A stretch of 64,000 nucleotides of DNA, taken from the NCBI RefSeq assembly GCF_004010195.1, contig NC_057752.1, positions 14,475,355 through 14,539,354 of the forward strand, in the 5' to 3' direction. Both the position numbers and the translations under genes were made by a program. Position 1 is the first letter of the stretch; every line of letters begins with the position of its first letter. Shown here in pieces: positions 48,940 through 61,009 of the stretch. The DNA comes from Chiloscyllium plagiosum. Taxonomy: Eukaryota. The notes beneath the pieces were generated by a model, which ran no database searches, was not told the origin of the DNA, and saw nothing but the letters and a program-made list of their open reading frames with translations.

Positions 48940-49950
48940 GTGTAGAAGGAGGCCATTCAGCCCATAGCACTTGAACCAGCTCATTAAATAAGCATCGTGA
49001 CCTCGTGCCAATTTCCTGTCTTTTCCCTGTGTACTTGCATGTTGTTTTTATCCAAATAACCATCCATTACCCTTTTAAATGCCTCAATTGAAACTTCCTC
49101 CACCACATTTCCAGGCAGAGCATTCCAGATCCTGACTACTTGCTGAGTTGAAGAGTTTTCCTCCCACATCACCCTTGTTTCTCTTGCAAATCACTTTGAA
49201 TCTCTGTCGTCTTGTTCTTCTTCCTTTCATGGGGGGGAACAGATCTCCTTCTCAGTCTTCCTCCCTCCAGGGAGAACAGTCCCAACCTCTTCAATCTATC
49301 CTCATCGCTGAAGTCTCTCTTTCCTGCAACCATTCTTTTAAATCTCTTCGCTCCAGTGTGTTCACATCCTTCCGAAAGTGAGGTGCCCAGAACTGTGCAC
49401 GATACCCCAGCTGAGGTCGAACAGGTGTCTTGTAGAAGGTCAACATCACCTCCCTGCTCTTGTACTTTGTGCCCCTATGAATAAAGCTGAGGGCACTGTG
49501 TGTTTTATTCACTGCTCTCGCGCCCCTTGTCCTGCCACCTTCAATGATCTGGACACATCTACTCCCAGCTCCCTCTGTTTCTGCACCTCCTTTAGAATTG
49601 TGCCCCCTATTTGATACTGTCTTTCGATGTTCTTCCCGACAAAGTGCATCATCCCACACTCTAACTGCCACTGTCAGCCCACTCCAATAACTTGTCAACG
49701 TCCTTCTGGAGTTTCAGCTTGCCTCCTCACAATTCTTCAAAGTTTAGTGTCATCTGCAAACTTTGGAATTGTCCCTGCTCGCCAAGATCCAGATCATTAA
49801 TATATATCAGGGAAAGCAAAGGTCCCTGGGAAACTCCACCATATATCTTCCTGCAGCCTGAAAAATATCCATTAACATTCCTCTCTGTTTCTTACCACTC
49901 AGCCAGTTTTGTATCCACGATGCTGCTATCTCTTTTATTTCATGTCCTGT
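48940..49950 (-). mobile_element. CR1 fragment, old
   Basis: FYKTPVRPQLGYRAQFWAPHFRKD; VVRIWNALPG. Confidence 0.85.
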
Positions 49951-50071
49951 AGAACAGCATTCTACAGAGAGCTCTGATGAAGAATCACTGGACTCAAAAC
50001 ATTAACTTAGTTTGCTCGCCACTGATGCTGCCAGACCTGCTGAGTTTCACCAGCAATTTCTGTTTTTGGCC

Positions 50072-50408
50072 AAGGGGAGAGACAGTTTGTCCAACAATCT
50101 GAGAGAGTAAGGGGTGGAGCTGGAGGACCAGGGATAGAGAACTGGTCCTCCAACATTCTCAGTGAGTGAGAGGTAGAACTGGAGGACCAGGGGAGAGAGA
50201 CTGGTCCCCCAACAATCTCAGTGAGTGAGAGGTAGAACTGGAGGACCAAGGGAGTGAGACTGGCCCTCCAACAATCTCAGTGTGTGAGGGTGTAGCTGGA
50301 GAAGTAGGGGAGAGGGAGACAGGTCCTCCAACAATCTCAGTGAGTGAGGGGCATAGCTGGAGAAGCAGGGGAGAGAGAGATGGGTCCTCCGACAATCTCA
50401 GTGAGGGA
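50072..50408 (+). repeat. 59-60-bp minisatellite, about 6 copies, with internal hairpin
   Basis: CCAACAATCTCAG-like anchors at about 50091, 50150, 50209, 50268, 50328, 50389; TGGAGGACCAG...CTGGTCCTCCA inverted repeat within the unit. Confidence 0.88.
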
Positions 50409-50633
50409 GTTCTGATGAAGATTCACTGGATTCAAAACTCTGTTTTCTTCCCACAGATGCTGCCAGACCTGCTGAGTTTCGCCAACAGTTTCTGTTTTCA
50501 GTTTCACGTCTCCAGCATCCACAGTTCTTTGTTTTGTCCTGCAGAGAGTGTTGACTACTTAAATCTCAATATGGAGCTGCCGGTGTTGGACTGGGGTGGA
50601 CAAAGTTGGAAGTGACAAGACACCAGTTCATTG

Positions 50634-50668
50634 CACCTGACGAAGGGGCTGCACTCCGAAAGCCTGTG
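50634..50668 (+). ncRNA. Degenerate hammerhead motif, third family
   Basis: CAC-CTGACGA-A-GGGG-CTGCA-CTCC-GAAA-GC-CT-GTG; the U of the cleavage triplet is replaced by C. Confidence 0.5.
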
Positions 50669-51109
50669 ATTTCAAATAAACCTACTTACATCTCAACAGA
50701 CCATTTGAAAAATAGACTCTGTGTGACAGCTTCAACACAAAATCCTACGCAAATATCAAGTGTTAGAGCATCAGGTGTAGGTGTAAAACTCCAGATCAGC
50801 AAAGAGAAAATTGTAGGAACGTTTTGAAGATGTGCTAGCCTAAAGAACATATCAACCTGAATCCTTCCCAACTCGACCTGTGTATTTGTGGGGGGAGCAG
50901 AACTGTGAAAACCTGGTCAATTCTGCTCCAAGCCAAGTTTCTTTATATGAAGAACAACCACCTATAGATGAACAGCTCCACTCTTTCTCTTCAGAGAATT
51001 AACACCCAATCCAGACGCTAATGTCAGAGAAGAAACAGTCCATTGACCTCACACATTCCTCCAGTTATATCAATGCAAAACTATTCAGTAAGTGCTACCC
51101 ATTTAGGGT

Positions 51110-51530
51110 ATGCGAGTTGTGAACACAGCCCAGATCATCATGAAAGCCAACCTTCAATCCATTGACTCCATCTACACTTCCTGTTGCCTCGGGAAGGGAG
51201 CCAACGTCATTAATGACCCCTCCCAGCCTGGTAATACTCTCCTCCAACTTCTTCCGTCAAGCTGAAGATACAGAAGCTGAAATACATGTACCAACAGGTT
51301 CAGGAATAGCTTCTTCCCTATTGTTATTAGATTGCTGAATGGACCTCTCTAATTTCAAATCTAATGTTGATCTTGCTTTGTGCACCTCTTGTGCAGTGTA
51401 ACCCTGCATTTTTTGTTCTGTTGAAGCACTCTATGATCTATATTTCCCTGTTTGTTATGCGCTGTCTGAACTGCTTGCAAAACAGAACTTTTCACTGTAC
51501 TCAGGTACGTGACAATCGAAAATCAAATCG
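51110..51530 (+). mobile_element. Rex1/Babar-type LINE 3' fragment
   Basis: Homologous to 21930-22330 (GTTGTGAACACAGCCCAG, TNRFRNSFFP). Confidence 0.7.
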
Positions 51531-52072
51531 AAATGTCAGATTGCTCGATCGATTTGATCTAATGGAAGCCAGAAAATTAGCAAGCTCTCTAGCTTTACTG
51601 TAAGTGTTCCTGCACATAATTATAGACTTTATTGAGCTACCTACCAATGCAGATGAGTCAAACCAGAGGCCTGGGGAGCAGTGGAAAATAGAGGTAAAAC
51701 ATTGTGCTATGTTGTAAAAAAGAGGCAATCTGGGTACCTGATTCAAGATGGCAGTCAATGTTTGTGCTGAGGGAAGGGAGTGGGATAAAGCCTGGGGAGG
51801 GGTGCCATGCAAGTGCTTTAGGACCCTGGAGCAACTTTGTGATGGTGTTACAGAGCTGCTGCTCACTGGGTGTAAATAGCACAGTGTGGACGAAGTGAAG
51901 AAGAAAAGCAAAAATCACGCAGGGAAGCTTGTGAAGTAGACAGAGTATAAAATTGATGAAATAATCTTTCAATAATGTGATAGTAGGATCAGAGCCTTAA
52001 TATAAAACAAAAGGGGTTATGAAGAAGCCCAAGCCCAAAGAGAGTTCTTGATCTTACCTGTTCCTCAGCAAA

Positions 52073-52385
52073 TCCCTGGGGTGGGGGAGTCCAGAACTAG
52101 AGGGCATAGGTTTAGGGTGAGAGAGGAAAGATATAAAAGAGACCTAAGGGGCAGCTTTTTCACTTATAGCGTGGTGGGTGTGTGGAATGAGCTGCCAGAG
52201 GAAGTGGTGGAGGCTGGTACAATTGCAACATTTAAAAGGCATCTGGATGTGTATATGAATAGGAAGGATTTAGAGGGATATGGGCCAAGTGCTGGCAAAT
52301 GGGACTAGATTGGGTTGGGATATCTGATCAGCATGGACGAGTTGGATTGAAGGGTCCGTTTCTGTGCTGTACATCTCTATGACTA
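52073..52385 (+). mobile_element. CR1 3' end
   Basis: PGVGESRTRGHRFRVR...WNELPEEVVEAG. Confidence 0.92.
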
Positions 52386-52968
52386 AATCTGGCTTCAATC
52401 CAAACTCACGGATTTGAACATCAAACCACAACTAAAGAGCTTCTCAAGCAATGCATTTTCGACCCTAACCACTCACTGCATCACAACGATTTTCCCTCAT
52501 GTCCCTACTGCTTCTTCGACTCAATGGGTTTAAGTCCATGCCCTTTCTTCTGGATCCCTTAATGAATGGGAACCACTTTAATGAATGGGAACGGTTTCTC
52601 CCAACTAGTTCTCAAACCGGTCTTTGTAACGTGAAGTTTCTCAACCCTTGAACCTTTCCCTTCTGAGCATTCGCGCTTTTCGGGAAGTGTGGAGCTCAGA
52701 ATACTCCAGCTGAAACTGAATTCGTGTCCAAGACAAGTTGTATACTCAGGTGGACTATGAAGTACTGAGTTTAAAAAAATGTGTCACCTTTCAATACGAA
52801 TAAAAATGTACTTTTCTTTTTGCGGTTCCAGACACTTTTACACCTCTTGGCCAAAGGCAGATTTAAAATGCTCGGGACTGCTCCTCTACTGAAAGAGTTC
52901 GGTTCCTCCTCACAAAATATCATCTAAGATCAGAAGCGGATGTAAAGTATGACGGCTTTTTCTAAGAT

Positions 52969-52979
52969 CTCACTTCCTC
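52969..52979 (-). promoter_or_regulatory. ETS/PU.1-type site in putative BIN2 proximal promoter
   Basis: CTCACTTCCTC (GAGGAAGTGAG on minus), about 100 bp upstream of the ATG; mammalian BIN2 is leukocyte-enriched. Confidence 0.45.
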
Positions 52980-53079
52980 ATAGGCAGAGAAGCTGAGAGT
53001 TGTCGGTGAGGCTGGGGGTGTCGACTTGACACAGAGTAGGAACAAGCGACGGGCAATTGTGAAGGAACGCAAAGGTGCA

Positions 53080-53163
53080 ATGGCTGAGACTCCAAGTAAA
53101 CCTGGAGGGGCCGGAATGTTTGCCAAGCACGTGCAGAAAAGGTTCATGAGGGCACAAGAAATG
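53080..53163 (+). CDS. BIN2: Bridging integrator 2, first coding exon (N-BAR amphipathic helix 0)
   Basis: gcaATGG start; MAETPSKPGGAGMFAKHVQKRFMRAQEM then donor gtaacg, phase 0. Resembles human BIN2 [27 protein letters not shown] as recalled. Confidence 0.88.
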
Positions 53164-53334
53164 GTAACGAATCCTTTTCCTCCATATTGCTCTGTTTAAA
53201 GCTTTTGCGTTTTCTCTTTCCCTCCCTTCCATTTTATGAGGGGGCGAAAGAAACGATTTGAGCCTTTCGACGGTGTGTGCATCTTTACCTTAGCTGTCTC
53301 TTTTTTCCCGGGCAAAAGTCAGGACTGCTCCCAG

Positions 53335-53392
53335 CCTCATTCCTGATGAAGGGCTTTTGCCTGAAACGTCGATTTTCCTGCTCCTCGGATGC
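53335..53392 (+). mobile_element. Penelope-like terminal fragment with hammerhead motif
   Basis: CATTCCTGATGAAGGGCTTTTGCCTGAAACGTCGATT. Confidence 0.75.
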
Positions 53393-54149
53393 TCCCCCCC
53401 CCCCCCCGCCTTCCGTTTCTTTGGAAGGTTTTGCTGCCACACTCAGTTCAAAGGGCACTTGGAGTAACATGACCTCTTGGTTGCATCGATCAGAACGATA
53501 TTTGCAGAATACGCATTGGCAAAGGACATATCCTGGTGTAAAAGTCTATTTAAAAGATCACTTGTCTTTCATAAATGAAATAAACTGACTAGTTTTGCGC
53601 TGAGGAGCTGACGGGATGGTTGGTGTACAGTGTGGTCACAGAGCTGTCAAAGCGGATGTTTAGATGTGAAACTTTTACTGGCAGCTTCAAGTTGAGAAAG
53701 AGGAATTTTTTTTCTGTCAAAAAGAATTGAAGCTCAGTTCTGAGAGAGACGTTGGTACAATTTGCTGACTAAGCTCTCCATCATTCGCATTCAACGAAAT
53801 GAAAAACAAAACGTTGCTTTCTGCCCGGGCCTCTTGTTAAGGAAGGACGAGGTTGAGCCAGGGGAGGCTAACAGGAGCAATCCTTTGCACATTGTGGTCG
53901 CAGCAGTGCCACAGGATGTCGGTTGCCGGGGCTGCATTGCTTCGGAGCTGGTAGCTGGGACCTCGCACCACAGAGCTGTTCAGCGAGCTGCCTGCAGGAT
54001 CGTCAACCACCATGGGACATCCTGAGACTCCCTATGCCTGGTCCCTGGCCCCTGCATTCAGCTGGCCCTACATAAGCACGCTCAGGTTGAGATGAGTACT
54101 GGGGGCCCTTATTGTGTACAGAGATGATGTCGATTAAAATGTGGAGGGG

Positions 54150-55000
54150 AATGTTAAGGTAATTTGCAGATGACACCAAGATTGGTTGAGTGGTTCAAGA
54201 TGGATTTAGGTTACAGGATAATATAGATGGGTTGGTCAGAGCAGCGCCAGGTGGTAATGAACACTGACAAGTCTGAGGTGAAATACTGGAAGAAGAAACA
54301 AGTTGTGGGAGTATCTAATGCATGGGGTAGCTCAGAGGAACAGGGGGGTAATTACCCAGAGATACCTGAAGACACCAGAGCAAGTGAATAGGATAGTTAA
54401 GAAGATATAGGGGACACTTGCTTTCATCCGTCACAGCGTAGAGTATAAAAGCAAGGAGGTAAGGTAAGGGGGTGGATAGAGCATTGGTCAGGCCGCAGCT
54501 GGAGTACTGTGAGCCAGTTCTGGTCACCTCACTACAGGAAGGATGTGATAGCACAAGAGGGAGTACAGAATAGGTTTACCAGGATATACCTACAGAGAGA
54601 CTACAACAGCTTGGATTGTTTTCTCTCAAGCAGAAAAGACTGAGGGGGGACATGATTAAGGTGTACAAGATTATGGACAGGATGAGTAGAGAGCAGCTGT
54701 TCCCCTTGGTTGAGGGACCAACGCTAGTGGGAATAGTTTTAGGGTAAGGGACAGGAGGTCCAGAGATGATTTGGGAAAAACATTTTTCACTCAGAGGGCA
54801 GTGGGATTCTGAAATGAGTGGCCTGGGAAGGTAGTGGAGGCTGGAAACCTGACAACCTTGTAAGAATATTTGGATGAGCACTTGAAATATCATAACGTTG
54901 AAGGATATGGGACAAATGCAGGAAATTGGGATGAGCATGCCTTTAGTGGTAGTTACGTCAATGCAGACATGACGGACCGAAGGGCCTTTTCTACAGTGTG
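54150..55000 (+). mobile_element. CR1 RT C-terminus and 3' UTR, old
   Basis: FADDTK, LVRPQLEYCEP, GDMIKVYKI, HFFTQRAV. Confidence 0.85.
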
Positions 55001-55322
55001 TGAATCTAGAGTGGGGAGAGGGGAGATAGTTCGTTTGCTGTACCCACCTTTGAGCTACAAAACCCAACAGAAATGACCCTGTATGACTTCAGATAGTTCT
55101 GTAGCAGCCCAGTGTGTCAGAGACACAGGGCTGCTTTAGAGTTACCCTGATACACTGCTCTGGGAACTTCAAACGAAAAGAGAAACCTGACCACATTTCC
55201 CTGGGAGCACAAACTCCAAAGTTCCACCTGAAGCTGCCATGATTATAACACTGAGAATTTGTTGCCAGCTGTTCCCTCTCCCTTCCAAAAATCAAGGTGA
55301 TAATCATCTCTCTGGGGTAAGT

Positions 55323-55650
55323 CATAGAATCCCTACAGTGTGGGACCCATCAAGTCCACACTGACCCTCTGAAAGAGCATCCCACACCCCCTGACCCCAT
55401 AACCCTGCACTTCCCATGGCTAACCCACCCGGTCTGCATATCCCTGGACACTACAGGCAACTTGGCATGGCCAATCCACCCTAACCTGCACGTCTTTGTA
55501 GGAGGAAACCAGAGCACCTGAAGGAAACCCACACAGACACAGGGAGATTGTGCGAACTCCACACAGACTGTTGCCTGAGGTTGGATTCAAACCCAGGTCC
55601 CTGGTGCTGTGAGGCAGCAGTGCTAACTACTGAGCCACCGTACCACCCAA
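55323..55650 (-). mobile_element. tRNA-derived SINE
   Basis: Reverse complement of full SINE. Confidence 0.88.
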
Positions 55651-56079
55651 GTCCAATGTGCTATCTCAGAGTGAGGCAGTAACACACTCAAATCAGGAGG
55701 AAGGTGGACAAATGTTGCTTCAGTTGGCTGATCCAAATAGGCCTGAAGCCTCAGCTCGCTCCTGAGCATTGAAGGTTTCTCTTTCCAGAAAGGGGCCTCC
55801 CATTGCTCATTTCCATCCTATGGGTTCTGGGTGCCACGTATGCCAAACTGCTCTCTGCCATTCCCCAGCCCAAGTTCATTGCAATGAAAAGAAAGACAGA
55901 AAGTAGCTGGAGAAACTCAGCAAGTCTGCTCTCATCTGCAGAGAGTGACACAATGTTTTGGGCCAAGGAACTGTTCTTCAGAAATTATTGGAGCTAGGAA
56001 AAGGTTGGTCTGTATTGCTGAAAATGGGGTGGGGGAGAGGGAGGGAGGAAATGATAGATGGAGTTTTTAAAAAAAATTA

Positions 56080-56730
56080 TTCATTTTATGAGATGTGGGT
56101 GTCGCTGGCTGGGCCCAGTATTTATTGCCCATCCCTAGTTGCCCCCTTGAGAAGTTGGGGAAGAGCTGCCTTCTTGAATCGCTGCGGTCCATGTGCTCTG
56201 GGTTGACCAACAATGCCCTGAGGGAGGGAATTCCAGGATTTTGGCCCAGCGACACTGAAGGAATGGCAATATAGTTCCAAGTCAGGATGGTGAGGGGCTT
56301 GGAGGGGAATTTGCAGGGGGTGGTGTTCCCACGTATCTTGTCCTTCGAGATGGAAGTGGTCGTGGTGTTTGGAAGGCGCTGTCTGAGGATCTTTGGTGAA
56401 TTTCTGCAGTGCATCTTGTAGATGGTACACACTGCTGTTACTGAGCGTTGGCGGTGGAGGGAGTGGATGTTTGCAGATGTGGTGCCAATCAAGTGGGCTG
56501 CTTTGTGCTGGATGGTGTTGAACTTCTTGAGTGTTGTTGGAGCTGCTCCCATCCAGGGCAAGTGGGGAGTATTCCATCACACTCCTGACTTGTGCCTTGT
56601 AGATGATGGACAGGCTTTGGGGAGACAGGAGGGAAATTACTCGCTGCAGAATTCCTAGCCTCTGGCCTGCTCTTGTAGCCACTGTGTTTATATGGTGAGT
56701 CCAGTTCAGTTTCTGATCAATGATAACCCA
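56080..56730 (-). mobile_element. Second LINE family, 3' end
   Basis: ATRAGQRLGILQRV...IYKAQVRSVMEYSPLA; SLHRQRSVTAVCTIYKMHC. Confidence 0.85.
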
Positions 56731-56739
56731 AAGAGCCCA

Positions 56740-57365
56740 GAGAGAGAGAAAATCAGTTGGGCAGACAAAGGAGAAGGCAAAGGTCAGCCTGGGAGAATGA
56801 ATAGCTGCTAATGGGGACCACTAGTGGCTGACAATGGGTTGTATATGGTAGCAGCTCATGTGATAACAAGGCTTGGTTTGTGGGATTGGGGTTAGGACAT
56901 TGGAAAAAGTGCTCTGGCCCTGAAATTATTGAACTCAATATTAAGTCCAAAAGATTGCAGGGTTCCCAAATGGAAAATGAAGTGCTGTTCCTCCAGCTTG
57001 CGCTGAGCATTGCTGGAGCACTGCAGCAAGCCTGAGACAGCGATGGTCCTCGGATGCTGTCTGAACTGCTGTGCTTTTCCAGCACCACTCTAATCTAGAC
57101 TCTGGTTTCCAGCATCTGCAGTCATTGTTTTTACCCTGAGACAGAGATGTTGGCCAGGGAACAGGGTGGGGTGGTAAAGTAGCAGGCAACCGGAAGCTCA
57201 GCGTCTTTCTTGTGGACAGAACGTAGGCAAGCAGTCGCCCAGTCTACACTTCCTCTCCCAATGGAGAGGAGACCACGTTCTGAACAGCAAATGCAGGAGA
57301 CTAGATTTAAAGATTGACAAGTGAAGTACTGCTTCACCTGGAAGGTGTGTTTCAGGTCTTGGATC
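56740..57365 (-). mobile_element. Penelope-like GIY-YIG fragment with inserted terminal piece
   Basis: KHTFQVKQYFTCQSLNLVSCICCSERGLLSIG. Confidence 0.7.
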
Positions 57366-57959
57366 ATTTATATCTCTTTTACATCTCTATCACTGCTTTA
57401 TCACCTAAAGCCATCCCTTTGTTTTTATTTTGCCCTGGACACCCTCACCATCTGTTCCACTGTCAGCAGCATAAGAAAAAAAACATAATTTTCCAGCTCC
57501 TTTCAGTTCTTAAGGAGAGTCATTCTAGACTCGAAAGGTTAAATCTGTTTCTACCTCTGCAGTTGCTGCCAGTTTCTCTCACATTCTCTTTTTTTAATTT
57601 CAGATTTTCAGCATCTGCAGTATTTTACTTTTATCATTGCATGTGTGCACATGCGAGGCTGGGCTCTGAGCAAGTGTGCGATTGTGAATTGGCAGCTCGT
57701 TGCTCAGCTCTTCAAAGGAAATGAAAACAGAGAGAGGTTAAACAGAATGTGGTTTCACCCACTGCCTGTTTGAAATTAACGGCAGCAGTCAATATGAACT
57801 GTTTGTCTGTTGATGTTGGTAGCCTGAGAGCCACACGCGCACACACACACACCACATAATGGACTGCTGAATCACAGAATAGTTGTAGAATCATCATAGA
57901 ATCCCTACAGTGTGGAGACAGGCCCTTCGGTCCAACAAGTCCACACCGACCCTCCGACG

Positions 57960-58820
57960 AGTTATGGTCATTCAGCCCATTGTGTATGCACCAACTCTCC
58001 AATGAGCAGTATTCTTTGTTGCCAGTCTCCTCTCTTCCCATATCCCAGCATGGCATTTCTATCCAAACAACCTTCCAATGCCCCTCTTAAATGCCTCAAT
58101 TGAACCTGTCTCCACCACATTTCCAGGCAGTGCATTCCACACTCTAACTACCCACTTTACCCCTGCTTCTTTTGCAAATCACTTTTTACACCTGTGCAAT
58201 AGGCAGGGAGTTTCTCCCTATCTACCCATCCCCTCATGATTTTGGAATCCTCTATCAAATCTCCCGTGAGCCATCTTCTCTCCAAGGAGAACAGTTCCAT
58301 CTTCTTCAATCTGCTCTCCTAACTGAAGTTTCTCATTTCTGGAACTATTTTTGAAAACCTCTTTTGCATTTTCTCCAATGTGTTCACATTCCTTCCTCAA
58401 ATGAAGTGCCCAGAATTGAAACAATATTCCAGGTGAGGTCGAATAAGTGTCTTTTTGTAAATTCACCGTCCCCTCTCTGCTCTTGTATTCTGTGCCCCTT
58501 TTAATAAACCCACTGACACCATATGCTTTATTTACTGCTCTCGCCACCCGTCCTGCCATCTTTAATGATTTGTACACATATACACCCAGGTCCCGCTGCT
58601 CCTGCACCCCGTTTGTACTGTTAAATATTATCCTGTCTCTCCATGTTATTCCGACAAAAATGGATCACTTCACACTTCTCTGCATTGAACTTTATCTGCC
58701 ACCGATCTGGCCAGTCCATCAACTCCTTTCAGAGTTCCACACTATTTTGCTCACAGTTTACAATTCTCCCAATTTATTGTCATCTGGAAACTTGGAAATT
58801 GTTCTCTGGGTGCCAAGATT
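57960..58820 (-). mobile_element. CR1 fragment, old
   Basis: QEQRDLGVYVYKSLK...AYGVSGFIKRG...FQFWALHLRK. Confidence 0.85.
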
Positions 58821-59484
58821 GACATATATATATATCATAAAAAGACTTTGCAAACTTACCTGTGGCCGAGGTAGTGTCCTGGTAAGGATGTGACAGTTTA
58901 AAACTCTGAATATGGTGACCTTGGCTTAGTGCAGTATTATGATTTGCAATTTTCAAAATTTCAGCTTGATCAGTTAGCGTCACTTGTTAATTGTTAATGC
59001 CTCATTGATGTTGAGCTATTTATAGGCAGGTTCAAATTTATTGCTGCACTTTTTCACTGAGTGAAATGATTATTCTCTAATAAATTGGCTCAGTTATCTA
59101 TTAGAGGATTATCCAGATATGAAGCTTGACTGAGTTACGAGTCACCGTTTCGGTTTTCTGATCGGAGGAATTAATGTTGTTGCCGAGCAATTATCTCCTT
59201 AACAGATAATTAATGTGGGCTTTATAAACATGCATTCGGTTCAGATCAATAAAATTCTTTGTTTCTTTCCCTTGTAATGAGCCTTGTTTGCTTTGGTGTA
59301 CGACCCTCCCCATTGTTGCCATGGAGATGCAAAGGCCAGAGTGAGTCTGCATGCCTTCAGAAGTAGGCCCAAGAGCCTGAATTTGAAGAAACTAAAATGC
59401 AAATGTGATTGACATTTCTTCATCCCATTCAGGCTATTAGTGAATATATTGTTCAGTCAGTTTATGGCTGTCATTTCCTGATTA

Positions 59485-60092
59485 AATTACCTACAGGGTG
59501 GAAACAGGCCCTTCGGCCCAACAAGTCCACACCGACCCTCCAAAGAGTAACCCACCCAGACCCATTTCCCTCTGACTAATGGGCGGCACGGTGGCACAGT
59601 GGTTAGCACTGCTGCCTCACAGCGCCAGAGACCCGGGTTCAATTCCCGACTCAGGCGACTGACTGTGTGGAGTTTGCACATTCTCCCCGTGTCTGCGTGG
59701 GTTTCCTCCGGGTGCTCCGGTTTCCTCCCACAGTCCAAAGATGTGCAGGTCAAGTGAATTGGCCATGCTAAATTGCACGTAGTGTTAGGTAAAGGGGTAA
59801 ATGTAGGGGAATGGGTGGGTTACGCTTCGGCGGGTCGGTGTGGACTTGTTGGGCCGAAGGGCCTGTTTCCACACTGGAAGTAATCTAATCTAATCTAATG
59901 CACCTAACACTATGGGCAATTTAGCAAGGCCAATTCACCTCATCTGCACATCTTTCGACTTTGGGAGGAAACCCACACAGACATGGGGAGAATGTGCAAA
60001 CTCCACATGGACAGTCACTCAAGGTTGGAATCAAACCCAGGGCCCTGGTGCTGTGAGGCAGCAGTGCTAACCACTGAGCCACTGTGCCGCCT
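59485..60092. mobile_element. Minus-strand SINE interrupted by a plus-strand SINE (59581-59897)
   Basis: Host SINE resumes after the inserted copy; CTAATG repeated at both junctions. Confidence 0.9.
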
Positions 60093-60191
60093 GATCTACA
60101 CAGATAAGGTGCTCAGTGTCAGACAAAGAGATTGATCTGTGTCTATTTGAGCCTTTCAGAGTCAGTTACAGACAGGCATATTTAAGCAAGG

Positions 60192-60317
60192 GAAAGTGAG
60201 GGCTGCAGATGCTGGAGATCAGAGCTGAAAATGTGTTGCTGGAAAAGCGCAGCAGGTCAGACAGCATCCGAGGAGCAGAAATATCGACATTTCGGGCAAA
60301 AGCCCTTCATCAGGAAT
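60192..60317 (-). mobile_element. Penelope-like terminal fragment with hammerhead motif
   Basis: Same sequence family as 8815-8933, in reverse. Confidence 0.8.
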
Positions 60318-60394
60318 CATTGTAAATTGGAAATGTATTCATACTGAGAGGCTGGAGAATAATTTCTCCCATCATAGATGTTCAGCCATTGGAA

Positions 60395-60765
60395 AAAAAG
60401 CACTGAGGGTGACAAGGATGCAGAATGTACCCTGGGTGGGGGATTTCAATGTCCACCACCAAGAGTGGCTCAGCAGCAGTATTACTGATCGAGCTGGTGG
60501 AGTCCTAAAGGACATAGCTGCCAGATGCATCTGTCCATGACAGTATCGGTAAGAGTGACCACCACACAGTCCTTGTGGAGACAAAGTCCCGCCTTCACAT
60601 TGAGAATACCCTCCATCGTGTTGTGTGGCACTATGACCGTGCTGAATAGGACAAACTTCAAACAGATCTAGCAACTCAAGACTGGGCATCCATGACGCAC
60701 TGTGGGCCATCAGCAGCAGCAGAACTGTACTCCAGCACAATCTGTAACCTCATGGCCCAGCATAT
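60395..60765 (+). mobile_element. Second LINE family, endonuclease fragment
   Basis: WVGDFNVHHQEWL, SDHHTVLVE, CGPSAAAELYSSTICNLMAQHI. Confidence 0.85.
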
Positions 60766-61009
60766 CATTGAGAGGCAAAGTCTTCATATTGTCTGTTTTG
60801 GGAGTGGGTTCAGGCAGTTTGAGGATTGCGATGTTTGTGTGTAAAGTAGTGCAGACCTGTGGAGTTTGCATCTAGTTTAGTCCCCTTACTTGAGGAGGGA
60901 TATTGTTGCATTGGAGGCAGTTCAGAGAAAGTTCACTAGATCGATTCCAGAATTGAGGGTTTTGTGTTATGAAGAGAGCTTGATCAATTTCGGCCATTAC
61001 TCACTAGAG

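Noticed and set aside
50072..50408. CRISPR-like palindromic repeats
   Set aside because: Sequences between hairpins are copies of each other, not unique spacers.
56146..56178. BIN2 exon 2 (LEKLGK resembles LQKLGK)
   Set aside because: Lies in a LINE 3' end, lacks the ETKD motif and a suitable acceptor. No BIN2 exon 2 was found in the window.
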